A DNA stretch of 64,000 bases. Origin: an uncultured Nitrospinota bacterium. Its GTDB lineage: Bacteria > Tectomicrobia > Entotheonellia > J063 > CAVPRW01. The notes under the pieces were generated by a model that was not told the origin of the DNA, made no database searches, and saw only the letters and a program-made list of their open reading frames with translations. The stretch is taken from the NCBI GenBank assembly GCA_963707985.1, contig CAVPRW010000003.1, positions 1-64,000 of the forward strand, read 5' to 3'. Position numbers and translations under genes: made by a program. Shown here piece by piece: positions 48,119 through 58,974 of this stretch (within the stretch, counting starts at the first letter, position 1; every line of letters starts with the position of its first letter).

Positions 48119-48532
48119 GTGGTGCTGTGGGTCGGCGCAGAGCATGCGCTCCTGCATATCCTGGCCCAGATCCCGTATGTGGTCCTCGACCTCCTCGATC
48201 TGTTCGATGAGGAGTGCTTGCCAATGGATGATGAGGAAACGCGGGTGCAGCTGCTGCGCGGCCTACGCCACCAGCTCCAGTCGTTTCAGGTCGGTCCGGA
48301 GAGACGTACCGTGCTCGTCGTGAAGTCCATCGGCCTCCTCGCCCGGTATCACGCGGGTGTGCGGGAGTTTTACGAGTGGTTCTGCGGCGACTTCGCCATG
48401 GTCGTGTTGATCCGCGATGGCCTCCTCGATGAGCGCGTCTGGTCCGAGGAGGTGGCATGCGACGCGGACCGCCTGCTCACATACTTTCACGAGCCCGGAG
48501 TCGTCAAGCAGGTCTTTGGGGAGAAAGGGTAA
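48119..48532 (+). CDS. brxB: BrxB-like (DUF1788) BREX protein (putative, possibly 5'-disrupted)
   Basis: 137-aa ORF between the brxA and brxC candidates. GTG start. A short out-of-frame ATG ORF sits just upstream. Confidence 0.35.
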   Translation: MVLWVGAEHALLHILAQIPYVVLDLLDLFDEECLPMDDEETRVQLLRGLRHQLQSFQVGPERRTVLVVKSIGLLARYHAGVREFYEWFCGDFAMVVLIRDGLLDERVWSEEVACDADRLLTYFHEPGVVKQVFGEKG

Positions 48533-48535
48533 CCC

Positions 48536-51500
48536 ATGAGCATTCGCGAGCGCGACAGGATCATCGCCGTCAAGCCGGAGCCGCAGACGACGCCGAGTCT
48601 GGCACAGGCGATCACGCGCGCCAAGGCGTATGAGACCGTGGGCGATTACCATTTCACCCCATCTCTACGGGCTCACTTCAAACGTGTCTTCGATGGCATC
48701 GCGCACCGCAAGGGGCAGGGCTTTTGGGTGCAGGCCGAATACGGCGCCGGCAAGACCCATTTTCTGGGCGCACTCATCGATCTCCTCATCTGGCGTGACG
48801 CAGACGTGTGGGACGCCGTACGCGATGCGGAGATCAAAAGCGACTATGCGGCGGCGCTCGCCAAGGTGAAGATGTTTCCTGTGGCCTTCTCGCTGCGTGG
48901 GATGGGTGAGTCCAGCGAGAGTGATAGCCTGATGCGCATCTTCGAGGAGCAGATCAGGGAGAGTATCAGGACGTTTGCTCCCGAGCTTGCTGAGCAGGTG
49001 AAAGTCACCTCTCCAGAGTTGGCGGCCCACTGGTATGCGGAGGAGGCGAGCGACGACGAACAGGCGGGCGTGGCGAAGTTCTTCCGCCGCGAACACGCCT
49101 GTACACCTGAGGAATATCGGGCGCAGTCCGGGGTCAGGAAGTTCGGTCAGGAACTCGTGCGCTCTAAACTGCCCGAGGGCCGTCTGCGCGGCAAATTCAA
49201 GGAACGGTTTGCGTTCATCTACGAGCAGATGACCAAAATGGGGGGCTATGACGGCAGGCTCTTCGTCGTGGACGAGTTCCGCTCCTGGCAAGACCGCCAT
49301 GTGGCAGGCACCGCGGCCTATGCCGAGGATGAGGAGGTCCTCGAGACCCTAGCGTTCGTCTTGCCGTCCCAGCACTGCAACATCGTCACGCTGATCGCCA
49401 GCCAGGGGGATATGCCGCAGAAGCTGTCTGGGGGTGGCGAGGGCGATCGCTTTATCCCCTGATACCTCCTGGCGGACAAGAACAAAGGGGATTTCGGCGA
49501 GATTGTCGGATTCCGGTGCCGGGAGCTGAGTCAGGGGGCGGCGACTGACATCAAGGACTACTACGACTACTGCCGCAAGGAGTACTCGCTTCATCCGGCA
49601 ATCCAACATCTCCCTCGATTACTTTACGGCCATCTTCCCCTTCCAGCCACGGTGCTTCGACGTGATGCGCCGGATGACACAGAACGCCGAGAGGCATAAC
49701 CTCCCGACCGCCCGCTCGGCCATCCGCATGGCCTGGCAGACTCTGTCGAATCCAGTGCTGTTGCAAGGCAAGCGCCTCCTGACGCTGGCGGACATCATGC
49801 ACAGCGACGAACTGCAGAAAGGGCTGAACTCTGAGTACTACCGCGATGGCTATCTCAACGTCTGTGGGGCGATCGAGCAGCTCTCCGAGCTGGACATCGC
49901 CCCCGAAGAGCGTGAGCAGGCCCAGCGCCTGGTCGAGATCCTGTACCTGTGGGGCATCAGTCTGCCGGAGAACTTGCGAGACGGTCTCACCGCCCAGGAA
50001 GTGGCGGAGGCGGCATGGCTCTCGGACGATGCCGTAGGCGCGACGGCGCAGGCCGAACATTTGCTGGAGCAGTTGGTGCAGGGTGGCTTTCCCATTCGGG
50101 AAGAGAAGCGGACGCCAAGAAGGTCTTCGCCGGACTCTTCCACAAGGACCCTGCCAGAGCGGAAAAAGACGCAGTGGCCAACTTCGCCACCGGCCTATAG
50201 CTTGTCGCCAAGTCGCATCCTGCCGACTTCAACCCGACCGCCTCACAGGCTCTGGCCAAGGTGCGCGAGCACGTGGCGGGACGATCGGACCGGCCCTTGT
50301 CCGATCTGAAGGCAGCTCTGTATCGTCTACCCTACGGGCTGACAGAGTCGATGGTGACGCTGTACGTCTTCGCGCTGATCAAGTCCGGGGGCTTCGAGCT
50401 GGCCCTCAATCCGAATGCTGGGGCCACGCTCAGCGATGGCCGGCCCGTACCAGGCGATCGACTCACGGCGCATACCCTGCCCCTGTGTGAGTGGAACACC
50501 CGGCTCGACAGAGCCCTGCTCGGCTCCCGACTCGTCGAATCGCTGCACAAGGGGTGGAATGAAGTCCTCCCTTACGCGCGTATTCTCGACCCCGACCTGA
50601 AGCCTGCCACCACCCCCGACGAGGAGCAGGCGCGCAACGAATCGCTCCTAGAGACCCTCGCACAGTTGCAAGCTGAGATCCCTGAGGTGGACAAGAGTCT
50701 GGTCGAACTAGCCGGTGTTCTCAATGGCTCTATGCCACCAAGTCTCAAGGAGGTTCTGGCACGCTATCGCGGCTTGACCACTACCGCCAGCTACCAAGCA
50801 TTCGAGGCGGCCGTGCGCGAGAGCTATGCGGACAAGGACGCCTTTGCCGTGGCACACACGCAGTACGACAGGGCGCGCCAAGTGCGCGACCGTGCTTTCC
50901 AGGTGAGCCAGACTGGTCGATTACCTGCACAGGGCATGCGCCGTGGACGAGGACATCGAGTTCGAGCGCACGGCGCTCCTGAGTATGCTTGGCTTTGAGT
51001 CGATGCTGCATGACCCATCGCTGATTGGGGCGCGCGAGGAAACCTTCGCCCGCTGGAAGACGCGCTACGTCCATGCCTACCGTAAGGCACACCGGGCGCA
51101 TTACGAGGCTGTGGCTGCCCTGGCTGCAAAGCTGGAGACCTTACGTCCCAAAGCACGAGCACTGACGCGGATGAATAGCATCGTCGAACTGGGGCCTCCG
51201 CTGGCCGTCACTGCCGCTGTCGCCGGTGATCTCAAGGCGATCGAGGATGCCCTGTGGGTGTGCCCGGACGCTGCAGAAGCCGCTGTTGCCGGGAAGGACG
51301 CGCTCTGCCCCAGGTGCCAGTGGCATCCAGGCACGACACTGCCCGTGGAAGCCTTGTCGCGCTTGACAGCTCTGGTCTCGCAGGGACTTGCCGACCGTTT
51401 TCAGCGGTTCAAAGACGCGGCGATTGCGGCGATCCTCAAGAAGGCTGCAGCAGAAAAGAAAAAGCCCGGACTTGATGATCTCCTGGATATTATTCAGGTC

Positions 51501-51812
51501 GCTGACGCTGACCGGCTCGCTGGAGTGCTGAACGATGACCTCGTCGCGTTCCTGCGCCAAACCCTCTACGACGAGAACCTCGTGGATGAACAACTCTCAC
51601 TGGCGCCGATCCTGCAACACATCGGTGCCATCGACGAGACGCGTGTGGAAGAGGCTGTTTCGACGCTGGCGCGGCTCCTGACGAAGGCCATCAAGGACGC
51701 CAAGGCCAAGCATGGGCCGAGCAAGCGCGTGCGGGTTTTCCTCACGCTTGACACCCCACTCGCCGGCATACCGGCCACAGGACTCGGGCCTCAGGGAGAA
51801 GAGACGCCATGA
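48536..51812 (+). pseudogene. brxC: BrxC/PglY-like BREX P-loop ATPase, disrupted by in-frame TGA (49460), in-frame TAG (50198) and about 3 frameshifts (about 49600, 50113, 50905)
   Basis: N-terminus ...YHFTPSLRAHFKRVF...FWVQAEYGAGKTHFLGALIDLL matches BrxC (...VWISGFFGSGKSHFLKML). About 1090 codons are recoverable over four frame segments. Confidence 0.6.
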
Positions 51813-51993
51813 GTAGCACGGTAGATCCACTCAATACCAGGACACTCTAAGCACGCTCCTGGCGAACCATACGGGTGTAGGCCCTCCTCGGGTTTCGGTG
51901 TGCGTGGGGGATTCAATGTAGGTATAATCTCGCCTCATAAGCTGCAGGCTGAACAATATATTTATTCGGTCGTTAGGAGTCAGGAGTATTACC

Positions 51994-52230
51994 ATGAGTC
52001 GAACTGTCACGCTTCCGGATGCCCTCTATTTCAGTCTGGAGCAGACTGCTCATGCTCACGGCTTCAGCAGTATTGCCCAATTGCTTGAGAGCTGGCAGTC
52101 CCGTGAGGATGCTCTGCACCACCGTCAAGAGATAGTAGCCCGGATCGATGCACTCCGTGAGCGCCTCTGCGCAACTTATGGTGTGTTTCCGGACAGTACA
52201 GAGGATATCAGGGAAGACCGGGCACGATAA
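51994..52230 (+). CDS. type II antitoxin (VapB-like)
   Basis: 78-aa ORF whose TAA overlaps the ATG of the PIN toxin (TAATG). Confidence 0.5.
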   Translation: MSRTVTLPDALYFSLEQTAHAHGFSSIAQLLESWQSREDALHHRQEIVARIDALRERLCATYGVFPDSTEDIREDRAR

Positions 52231-52661
52231 TGATCGACCGTGTTGTGGTGGACAGTAGCGTGGCTATCAAGTGGTTTGTCGAAGAGCCCTACTCAGTCGA
52301 AGCCCATCGACTGCTGGAGGGGTATCGGGACGGCACGCATACTCTGCTTGCCCCGGATCTGCTGTATGCAGAGGTGGGCAATATCGTCTGGGAAAAACAC
52401 CGCTTCCAGGGCTTCGCAGTAGAAGATGCCGCAGAGATCCTCACGGCTTTTCGCTCCGTGACTTTCGTGGTGACCTCATGCGCTGTACTATTGGAGGAGG
52501 CGTATCGATTGGCGGTGAGCTACCAACGCACGGTCTATGATGCCATGTATCTCGCGCTGAGCCTGCGTGAGCACTGTCCATGGGTGACTGCCGACGAGAG
52601 AATAGCTAATGCGCTGGGTGCAACACTGCCACAGATTATCTGGGTTGCAAACTGGTCGTAG
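52230..52661 (+). CDS. vapC: PIN-domain toxin VapC
   Basis: VVDSSVAIKW...D..Y.A acidic PIN residues. 143 aa. Confidence 0.8.
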   Translation: MIDRVVVDSSVAIKWFVEEPYSVEAHRLLEGYRDGTHTLLAPDLLYAEVGNIVWEKHRFQGFAVEDAAEILTAFRSVTFVVTSCAVLLEEAYRLAVSYQRTVYDAMYLALSLREHCPWVTADERIANALGATLPQIIWVANWS

Positions 52662-52837
52662 CGCGCAACCTTCGCCTAGCACGGGTTGCAGCCGACTGCC
52701 TCTAGCCTCCGTTGCGCTGCGGCTTCCGGCAGCGACAGAAACCTCGCGTGATCCGGCCGACTTCGCACAGCTCATGGCACAGTATTCTGACACAGTAGCT
52801 CGCGACTACCTGGAGCAAACACGGGAGATCATTACAC

Positions 52838-54297
52838 TGGACTTTGGCCATTTTGAATAGGCAGGAGGGTGGGATGTCCTTTAAGATAGCTGAACTCTTC
52901 CAAAGCTCATGCGATCGAAGGAGGACCTGCCATGCCACCCCTGCCAGAAGCGATCATACGGATATTAGCACCGTTTGCGCCACTCTTTTCGCGCCGGGTG
53001 TGGTGCCATGCACAATCATTGCTCCTGGGAGCGATCTTGACTCCTGGTGCACGCACCGTGACAGCCGCCTTGCGGGTGATGGGGCTGGCCATGGAACATC
53101 GCTTCACGAACGATCATCGGGTGTTGAACCGGGCCACCTGGTCGGCCCTCCAGGCTAGTCGGATGCTGTTGGGGTGACTCGTCACGCGCTTGGTGCCTCC
53201 GGGAGCCCCTATTGTCCTGGGAGCCGATGATACGATCGAACGGCGTAGCGGACGGCAGATTACAGCCAAAGGCTGCTATCGCGATGCGGTGCGCTCCACG
53301 AAGAAGCACGTCATCCGCTGCTTTGGCTGGAAGTGGGTGGTGATGATGCTCTTGGTCCCGGTCCCCTGGGCACGACGGGTATGGGCCTTACCGTTTCTCA
53401 CCGCGCTGTGTCGGCCAGCCGAGCAGGTCAAGACGCGACAGCACAAGACCAGCGTGGATTGGGTCCGGCAGATGATGCAGCAAGTGCGCCGCTGGCTCCC
53501 CGGGCGGCCATTGGTGTTGGTCGTCGATGGCGGCTTTGCCGCCGTGTCGCTGGCGCTGGCCTGTGTGAAGAGCCAGGTGGCCATGGTCTCGCGCCTGCGC
53601 TGGGATGCCGCCCTGTATCACCCGCCTGGCCCGCAGCCCGTGGGCAAACGCGGCCCCAAACCGTTGAAGGGCAAGCGCCAACGCCGCTTGCACGCCTGGG
53701 CGGAACGCGCCGATACACCTTGGGAGACGGTGGAAGTGGACTGGTATGGCGGTCGCCGCAAGAAGCTGTGGGTCTTTTCCCACACGGCCCTGTGGCACAC
53801 CTGCGGCTTGCCCCCAGTCGACATCCGCTTTGTACTGGTGGGTGACCCCGAGGGAAAGCTGCGGATGGAAGCCTTCTTCTGGACCGACCTGCAGGCGACC
53901 CCGGTGCAAATCCTGGAGTGGGTGGTCATGCGCTGGTCGGTCGAGGTCACCTTTGAAGAGGGTCGAGCCCAACTCGGGCTGGAAACCCAACGCCAATGGT
54001 CGGACCAAGCCATTGCCCGGACCACCCCGGTCCTGTTGGGCCTGTTCTCGCTCGTCACCCTGTTGGCCCTGGAGTTGAGCCATGAGGGGCAGATCCCGGT
54101 GCCGATAACCGCTTGGTATCACAAGGCTGAGCCGACATTCTCGGATGGCCTGGGTCTGGTACGCCAACATCTCTGGCGTGCGCGGTATTTGGTGCACTCT
54201 ACTCCAGAGGCAGAGTGTATGCCATTTCCTCAAGAGGCTCTCGATCTCTTGATCCATGGCCTTTCGCTCGCAGCGTAATTGGCCAAAGCCGAGTTGG
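52838..54297 (+). mobile_element. IS701-like insertion sequence with imperfect terminal inverted repeats
   Basis: Left ACTGGACTTTGGCCATTTT. Right (reverse complement) ACTCGGCTTTGGCCAATT. One transposase ORF between them. Confidence 0.55.
52932..54278 (+). CDS. IS701-like (IS4 superfamily) DDE transposase, single in-frame TGA at 53175-53177
   Basis: About 449 codons in one frame (N-terminus MPPLPEAIIRILAPFAPLFSRRVW...; core IVLGADDTIERRSG...WKWVVMMLLV) interrupted only by one TGA. Confidence 0.7.
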
Positions 54298-54771
54298 ATG
54301 CCCGTGCCGTATTTCAACAGTCTCCCCAAAAATGGGAAATAGTTCCCAATGATGGGGTCCATTATCAGGGAAGGCCGAATAGCTATGCAAGTGAAATCTC
54401 GCGTGAATCCAACGTGTTGATGGGACAAGGCTGGTGGCACTGCGCTTGCTCTATGGTGGGAGTACATCCTGGGATGTCATGGCAGCGGCCAAATCGGATA
54501 AAGGGATACTGCATATCGCTGGAAAGGAGATGAGAGGCGGTGGCCGGGATGCTGTACTGGATAGCCGTGCTCTCCGTGGTGGGGGGAGTCCTGGCCCTAC
54601 TGGAGCGCCACACGGCAACGGTGGGAAAGGTTTGGCGAGGCGTGAAGAAACGAAAGCGGCATAGAACAACCCAGGGGTATGCAAACTATGGCCAAGCCTA
54701 ACAAGAATCAATTCGCAGCTCCAGGGTTCCTGGGCCCTAAGGATGGCAGAGTCGTAGGAAAGGAGACACAT

Positions 54772-54855
54772 ATGTCGAATTGGATGAAGCATGTAGGTAG
54801 CTGTGTGTTGGTTTTCAGTGTACTCACTGTTGGGTTTGGAGGATTCCAGCCATGA
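54772..54855 (+). CDS. 27-aa hydrophobic peptide (putative)
   Basis: Strong SD GAAAGGAGACA then ATG. MSNWMKHVGSCVLVFSVLTVGFGGFQP. Its stop overlaps the next ATG (ATGA). Confidence 0.3.
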   Translation: MSNWMKHVGSCVLVFSVLTVGFGGFQP

Positions 54856-55403
54856 CAGATGCTTATCACCGTATCATGAACCCCTTGTGGCCATTCATCG
54901 GTAAGATGTACCGTCACCCTATTCATACTGGTGTTGTAGTTGCCATGAGTGCGGGAGTTATCGTGGCCTTTTGGGTTATCTGCGCTTCAGCGGGAGTTGG
55001 GTTTGACGGTCAAGTTAATTTTGGCCAAGTTCCGGTGGGAGGTAGCAAAGTTGAACTAGTTAAGAAGATCTGCATCAAGGGTGTCCTCGGTCCCTACGAT
55101 ATGGACGTCGACGCTTGGCTCTTAGACCCTGCTACCCTCCGTGAGGATGACTCTCCTCCCTTCAGTTTTGACGGACCTCGCTCCTTCGACCTCAAGGTGT
55201 ACTGGCCCGGTCAACAGGAGTGTGCCCGAATCAAAGTGCTGTTTAGTCCGACGACAGATGGCTCTTTCGAGCGAATTGTCAAAATTCGGACGTTAGACAG
55301 TTTTGGATCCGGCCATACGCTCTATTACCAACTCCTCGGTACCGGGGAGTCCAGACTGGCGGTGATGCTCCCCGCGATCTTGTACCTCTTGCTCACGCCG
55401 TAA
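54852..55403 (+). CDS. hypothetical two-TM membrane protein (AT-rich cargo gene)
   Basis: 183 aa with N- and C-terminal hydrophobic helices. GC lower than surroundings. No family recognised. Confidence 0.45.
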   Translation: MTDAYHRIMNPLWPFIGKMYRHPIHTGVVVAMSAGVIVAFWVICASAGVGFDGQVNFGQVPVGGSKVELVKKICIKGVLGPYDMDVDAWLLDPATLREDDSPPFSFDGPRSFDLKVYWPGQQECARIKVLFSPTTDGSFERIVKIRTLDSFGSGHTLYYQLLGTGESRLAVMLPAILYLLLTP

Positions 55404-55422
55404 CCCCAGAGGGTCCATAGAT

Positions 55423-55812
55423 ATGAACATTGAGCGCTCCTATGTGGCGTGGATAGTCCGATTCATCCGTTTCCACGGCAGGCGGTCTCGCTAAGACCTC
55501 TTCGCCGCCGAACCCAAGATATCGAGTTGTTCCTGACCAACCTGTCGATGCATGGAGACGCCTCGACCGCAATCAGGCCATGAAGGCCCTGATATTCCTC
55601 AACAAACGTGTCTTGAACCACCCTCTGGACGGCCGTATTCATATCGTGCGTACCGACAAGAATATCATTATCCCCATGGTTCTGACCTGCGACAAATTCG
55701 CCGCTGTCGTCTCTCCGCTGGACGGAACCGCCTGCTGGTGGCCAAATGTCTCTACGGGAGCGACTCACGCATTATGGAAGCCGCCCGGATCCGGGTCAAG
55801 GACATCAATTGT
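55423..55812 (+). pseudogene. tyrosine recombinase remnant (integron-integrase/SAM_4-type N-terminus), frameshifted and truncated by IS66 insertion
   Basis: ERSYVAWIVRFIRFHG and later LLVAKCLYGSDSRIMEAARIRVKDIN (compare IntI [21 protein letters not shown]). Homology ends where the IS66 sequence begins. Confidence 0.5.
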
Positions 55813-55846
55813 CAGATGCAGCAGTCGAAATTGCTCAAAATCCGGT

Positions 55847-57403
55847 TTAGCCTGGGGTGGCTTGGGCGTGGGCCAGCACGAGGCTATCCAAGGCTGGCAT
55901 CTGGTAGGCCTTGGAAATCCGGTCGCACAGGTAGCGGTAGAAGTTCACGCCGTTCTTGCGACAGGTATCCAACAGAGACAGGAACACCTCCCAGGCCTGG
56001 GTCCCCGCGGCCGTGCGGGTCCCATTGGAGATTTTGCGCTTGATCACATATTCGCGTAGCGCCCGTTCGGCCTCGTTATTCTCTAACGGCACCTCTGGAA
56101 AGTCCAGGACCAACAGCAACGCGGCCTTCTTCTGCCGGGTCCGGGCAATCCGTTGGTCGAGGGCCTCATACCCCGTCGTGCGCGAGAAGAGGGCGTCGAA
56201 CGCGGCTGACAAGTCCTGCTTCAGCGCTTCCGTGGGTGCCGCGGCGTAGGCTGTGAGGCGGTTATAGTAGTCCCAGATCTCGCTGCGAAAGTCGTCTACA
56301 AGCTTTTGATGGCTCGCGAAGAAGGGGTGCAGCTTTTTATAATGCCGTTCTTCATGCACCCAACACAGCCCCTGATAGTCGGTCTGGTGGCGGAACTGGG
56401 GCGCATCATCGCTGATGAGAATCGGCACATAGTCGCCTAAGGGCTTCGGCTCTGCGGCCAGCTCAGGACGTCGCTCTTGAGATGCCTGCACCTCCCCACC
56501 GGCCACCGCGGCTGTGGGACTGTCGCGCGGAGTGGGCTCTTCCAGCACGGCTACCAGACCGGCTACCGTCTCAGAGTTCTTGTGCCGATGGGTGAAAAAG
56601 CTCGAATAGTAAGGGTTACAGAGCGTCGAAAAGTAATGGTTCACGCCCGAGATGCGGGCTCCTGTATCGTCAATATGCTGGTAGGAGGTGGTTTGCAACC
56701 CGGCCTGCAGCACCGCCTTGCGCTCGTCGGCGAACAGGCCGAGATGTTTCTGAATCAAGATGTTGGAGATTTCGCCGGCGGAGATGACAATACCCTGCGC
56801 CTGCAACAAGTTCAGTATCTTCTCCTCCGGCACGCGCAACTCAAAGTAGAGCATCAGCACGAAGGCGTGTAACTCGCTGCCAAAGGATTGCCCCTGCAGC
56901 GCTTCAGGCAAAGAGGCTTCATACAGTTGGCCTGTACTTTTGGCGTAGAGACGTTCCAAGCGATAGCGCACGGTGTCGGTCTGAAAGAGGAGGTTTTGCA
57001 CCACGACATCCCGATAGCCACGGTGTTCGACATCCGCCGGCAGCCGGCTGCGGTCCAGCCGGATGACGGTCTGCCGGTCGATCTTGATGCGCTCTTTCCG
57101 GGGGGGCGCCGCGCCTGATGCGCCACCGGACCGGGAGCGGGACTCTTGCCGAGGCTGAGGAGGTGTCCCCTGCGTCGGGGAACCGTTGGCCGGGATCGTT
57201 GGCTTGCCCTTTTCGCCCTGCAGCCGCGCGATCTCGTCGCGTAAGCCTTGGTTCTGGGCCCGCAGTTCATCGAGCTCCGCCGTCAGGAGTTCGATGTGAT
57301 TGAGCAGCCGCTGCAGCACATCTCGCGTCGGCTGGTCGAGCTGCAGTTCGCTGAGGTCTATCCCTTGGAGTGGCTCGGTCATAGTGCTGGTACTATACCA
57401 CAA
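55847..57403 (-). CDS. IS66-family transposase TnpC (solo; no tnpA/tnpB)
   Basis: N-terminal leucine zipper, CWVHEERHYKK, and the hallmark LENNEAERALR. Confidence 0.85.
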   Translation of the reverse strand: MWYSTSTMTEPLQGIDLSELQLDQPTRDVLQRLLNHIELLTAELDELRAQNQGLRDEIARLQGEKGKPTIPANGSPTQGTPPQPRQESRSRSGGASGAAPPRKERIKIDRQTVIRLDRSRLPADVEHRGYRDVVVQNLLFQTDTVRYRLERLYAKSTGQLYEASLPEALQGQSFGSELHAFVLMLYFELRVPEEKILNLLQAQGIVISAGEISNILIQKHLGLFADERKAVLQAGLQTTSYQHIDDTGARISGVNHYFSTLCNPYYSSFFTHRHKNSETVAGLVAVLEEPTPRDSPTAAVAGGEVQASQERRPELAAEPKPLGDYVPILISDDAPQFRHQTDYQGLCWVHEERHYKKLHPFFASHQKLVDDFRSEIWDYYNRLTAYAAAPTEALKQDLSAAFDALFSRTTGYEALDQRIARTRQKKAALLLVLDFPEVPLENNEAERALREYVIKRKISNGTRTAAGTQAWEVFLSLLDTCRKNGVNFYRYLCDRISKAYQMPALDSLVLAHAQATPG

Positions 57404-57883
57404 GAGTACACGGGGTGTAAGTCAGCGCGCGCGCAAGAGAATGGGGCGCACGCCCCTTGTTCATCCCTTTTCATGGGGGGGCACCACCAACACAGCAGTC
57501 GGCATCTTCCGGCCTAGTAATAACCAGTTGTTTAGTGTAGATAAGAGCTTTATAGAGGCAGGTATAGGAAGCTACAGAATTTCGTGATGTTGGCCTGTCC
57601 ATCGCACATCACCGAGACCCCCTCACCTGATCTACGAGGGTTCAATTCCCAAATAGCCACAGTCGAGCTCAATCCATCTGAAATGATCCTGCCAACGCTG
57701 TATCCGGGGATGAAACAAGGGTGACAATGCGCTGGTAACTGGTTCCCGGGCGGTGGTGGCCGTCGCCTTGCTGGTGATGTCGTAATGGCTCATGATCTCC
57801 CTTTGCTCCACGAGGGTGTCATCTCTTATACTGATGCTCAGTCGAGGCAATCGCGAGGCGAAACGCAAGATGAGGGCATCCTG

Positions 57884-58943
57884 ATGAAATTCGGCGTCAT
57901 GTTCTTCTCTGCCGATAGCAACGTCGAGGCACCCCACAACCTGCTGCTGGAGGTCGCCAGGTTCGCCGATCGCCATGGCTTCACCTGCATTTGGACACCC
58001 GAACGGCACTTCAGCCCGTTCGGTGGACTTTTCCCCAACCCGTCCGTCCTCTCTGCCGCCCTCGCCATGATCACGAACCGCCTGCAATTGCGCTCCGGAA
58101 GCCTCATCTCGCCGCTGCATGACGCCATCCGCATTGCTGAGGAATGGTCCCTGGTCGACCAACTCTCCGCCGGTCGCGTCGCGATCTCCTTCGGCTCTGG
58201 CTGGAACGTCAACGATTTCGTCTTCTTTCCCGAGCGCTACGAGACGCGTCGGGAAATCATGTACGAACAGATCGACACCATCCGGGCCCTGTGGCGGGGC
58301 GAGCCCATGACGCCGAACGAACACCTTCGGCAAAGAGGTGCAACTCACCCTCTACCCGAAACCCGTCCAGAAACAGCTCCCCATCTGGATCACCTCCTCG
58401 GGCAACGTGGATACCTTTCGCTCGGCCGGGGCCTGGGATGCCAACGTCCTGACCCACATGATCACGCAGGATATCTACACCCTCAAGGACAAGATCAGCA
58501 TCTACCGCCGGGCCCGGGTCGCCAAGGGACTCGACCCGCTCAAGGGCATCGTCAGCCTCATGCTGCACACCTTCCTGGGCGAGGCGGTCGAAGATGTGAA
58601 AAAAATCGTGTATGATCCGTTTCGCGAGTACCTGCGCTCGGCCATCGACCTCGAGCAACTGGCCGCCCAAGGGGGTGGAGTCATCAGCGGTGGCTTGCAC
58701 CACACTGGAGAGACTCTTCCCCCGGCGAAGGTGGAAGAATTGCTCGACATCACCTTTGAACGCTATTGTGAGACCGCCGCGCTCATGGGTACCGTGGCCA
58801 GCACCGCGAAATTCATCCAGAAGCTCGAGGTCATCGGCGTGGATGAAATTGCCTGCCTGGTTGACTTCGGCGTTGCCAAAGAGCAGGTCCTGGCCAGCCT
58901 TGAGCACCTGGTCGCGCTCAAGGATAGGTTCGACATCGACTAA
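57884..58943 (+). CDS. LLM-class flavin-dependent oxidoreductase (MupA/Atu1810-like, PKS-associated); frameshift near 58320
   Basis: MKFGVMFFSAD...CIWTPERHF. The C-terminal half (VQLTLYPKPVQKQLPIWITSSGN...) is in the next frame. Confidence 0.7.
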
Positions 58944-58974
58944 CACAGCCAGGACACCACCCGAGGAGAGCCTG

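Noticed and set aside
49460-53177. Alternative genetic code (TGA or TAG as sense) to explain in-frame stops in brxC and the transposase
   Set aside because: All other genes in the window terminate normally at TGA, TAA or TAG and contain no internal stops. Lesions are confined to mobile or defence genes.
53388-54467. 359-aa minus-strand ORF
   Set aside because: It is antisense to the IS701-like transposase, which has clear family similarity and flanking inverted repeats.
54300-55812. Integron (intI plus cassettes) interpretation of the recombinase remnant and adjacent small genes
   Set aside because: The candidate cassette genes are co-directional with, and upstream of, the integrase rather than in the divergent attI/cassette orientation. 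No attC-like repeats seen.
57600-57665. tRNA-like fragment (GAGGGTTCAATTCCC resembles a T-arm)
   Set aside because: No complementary T-stem or acceptor stem could be formed. No anticodon arm.
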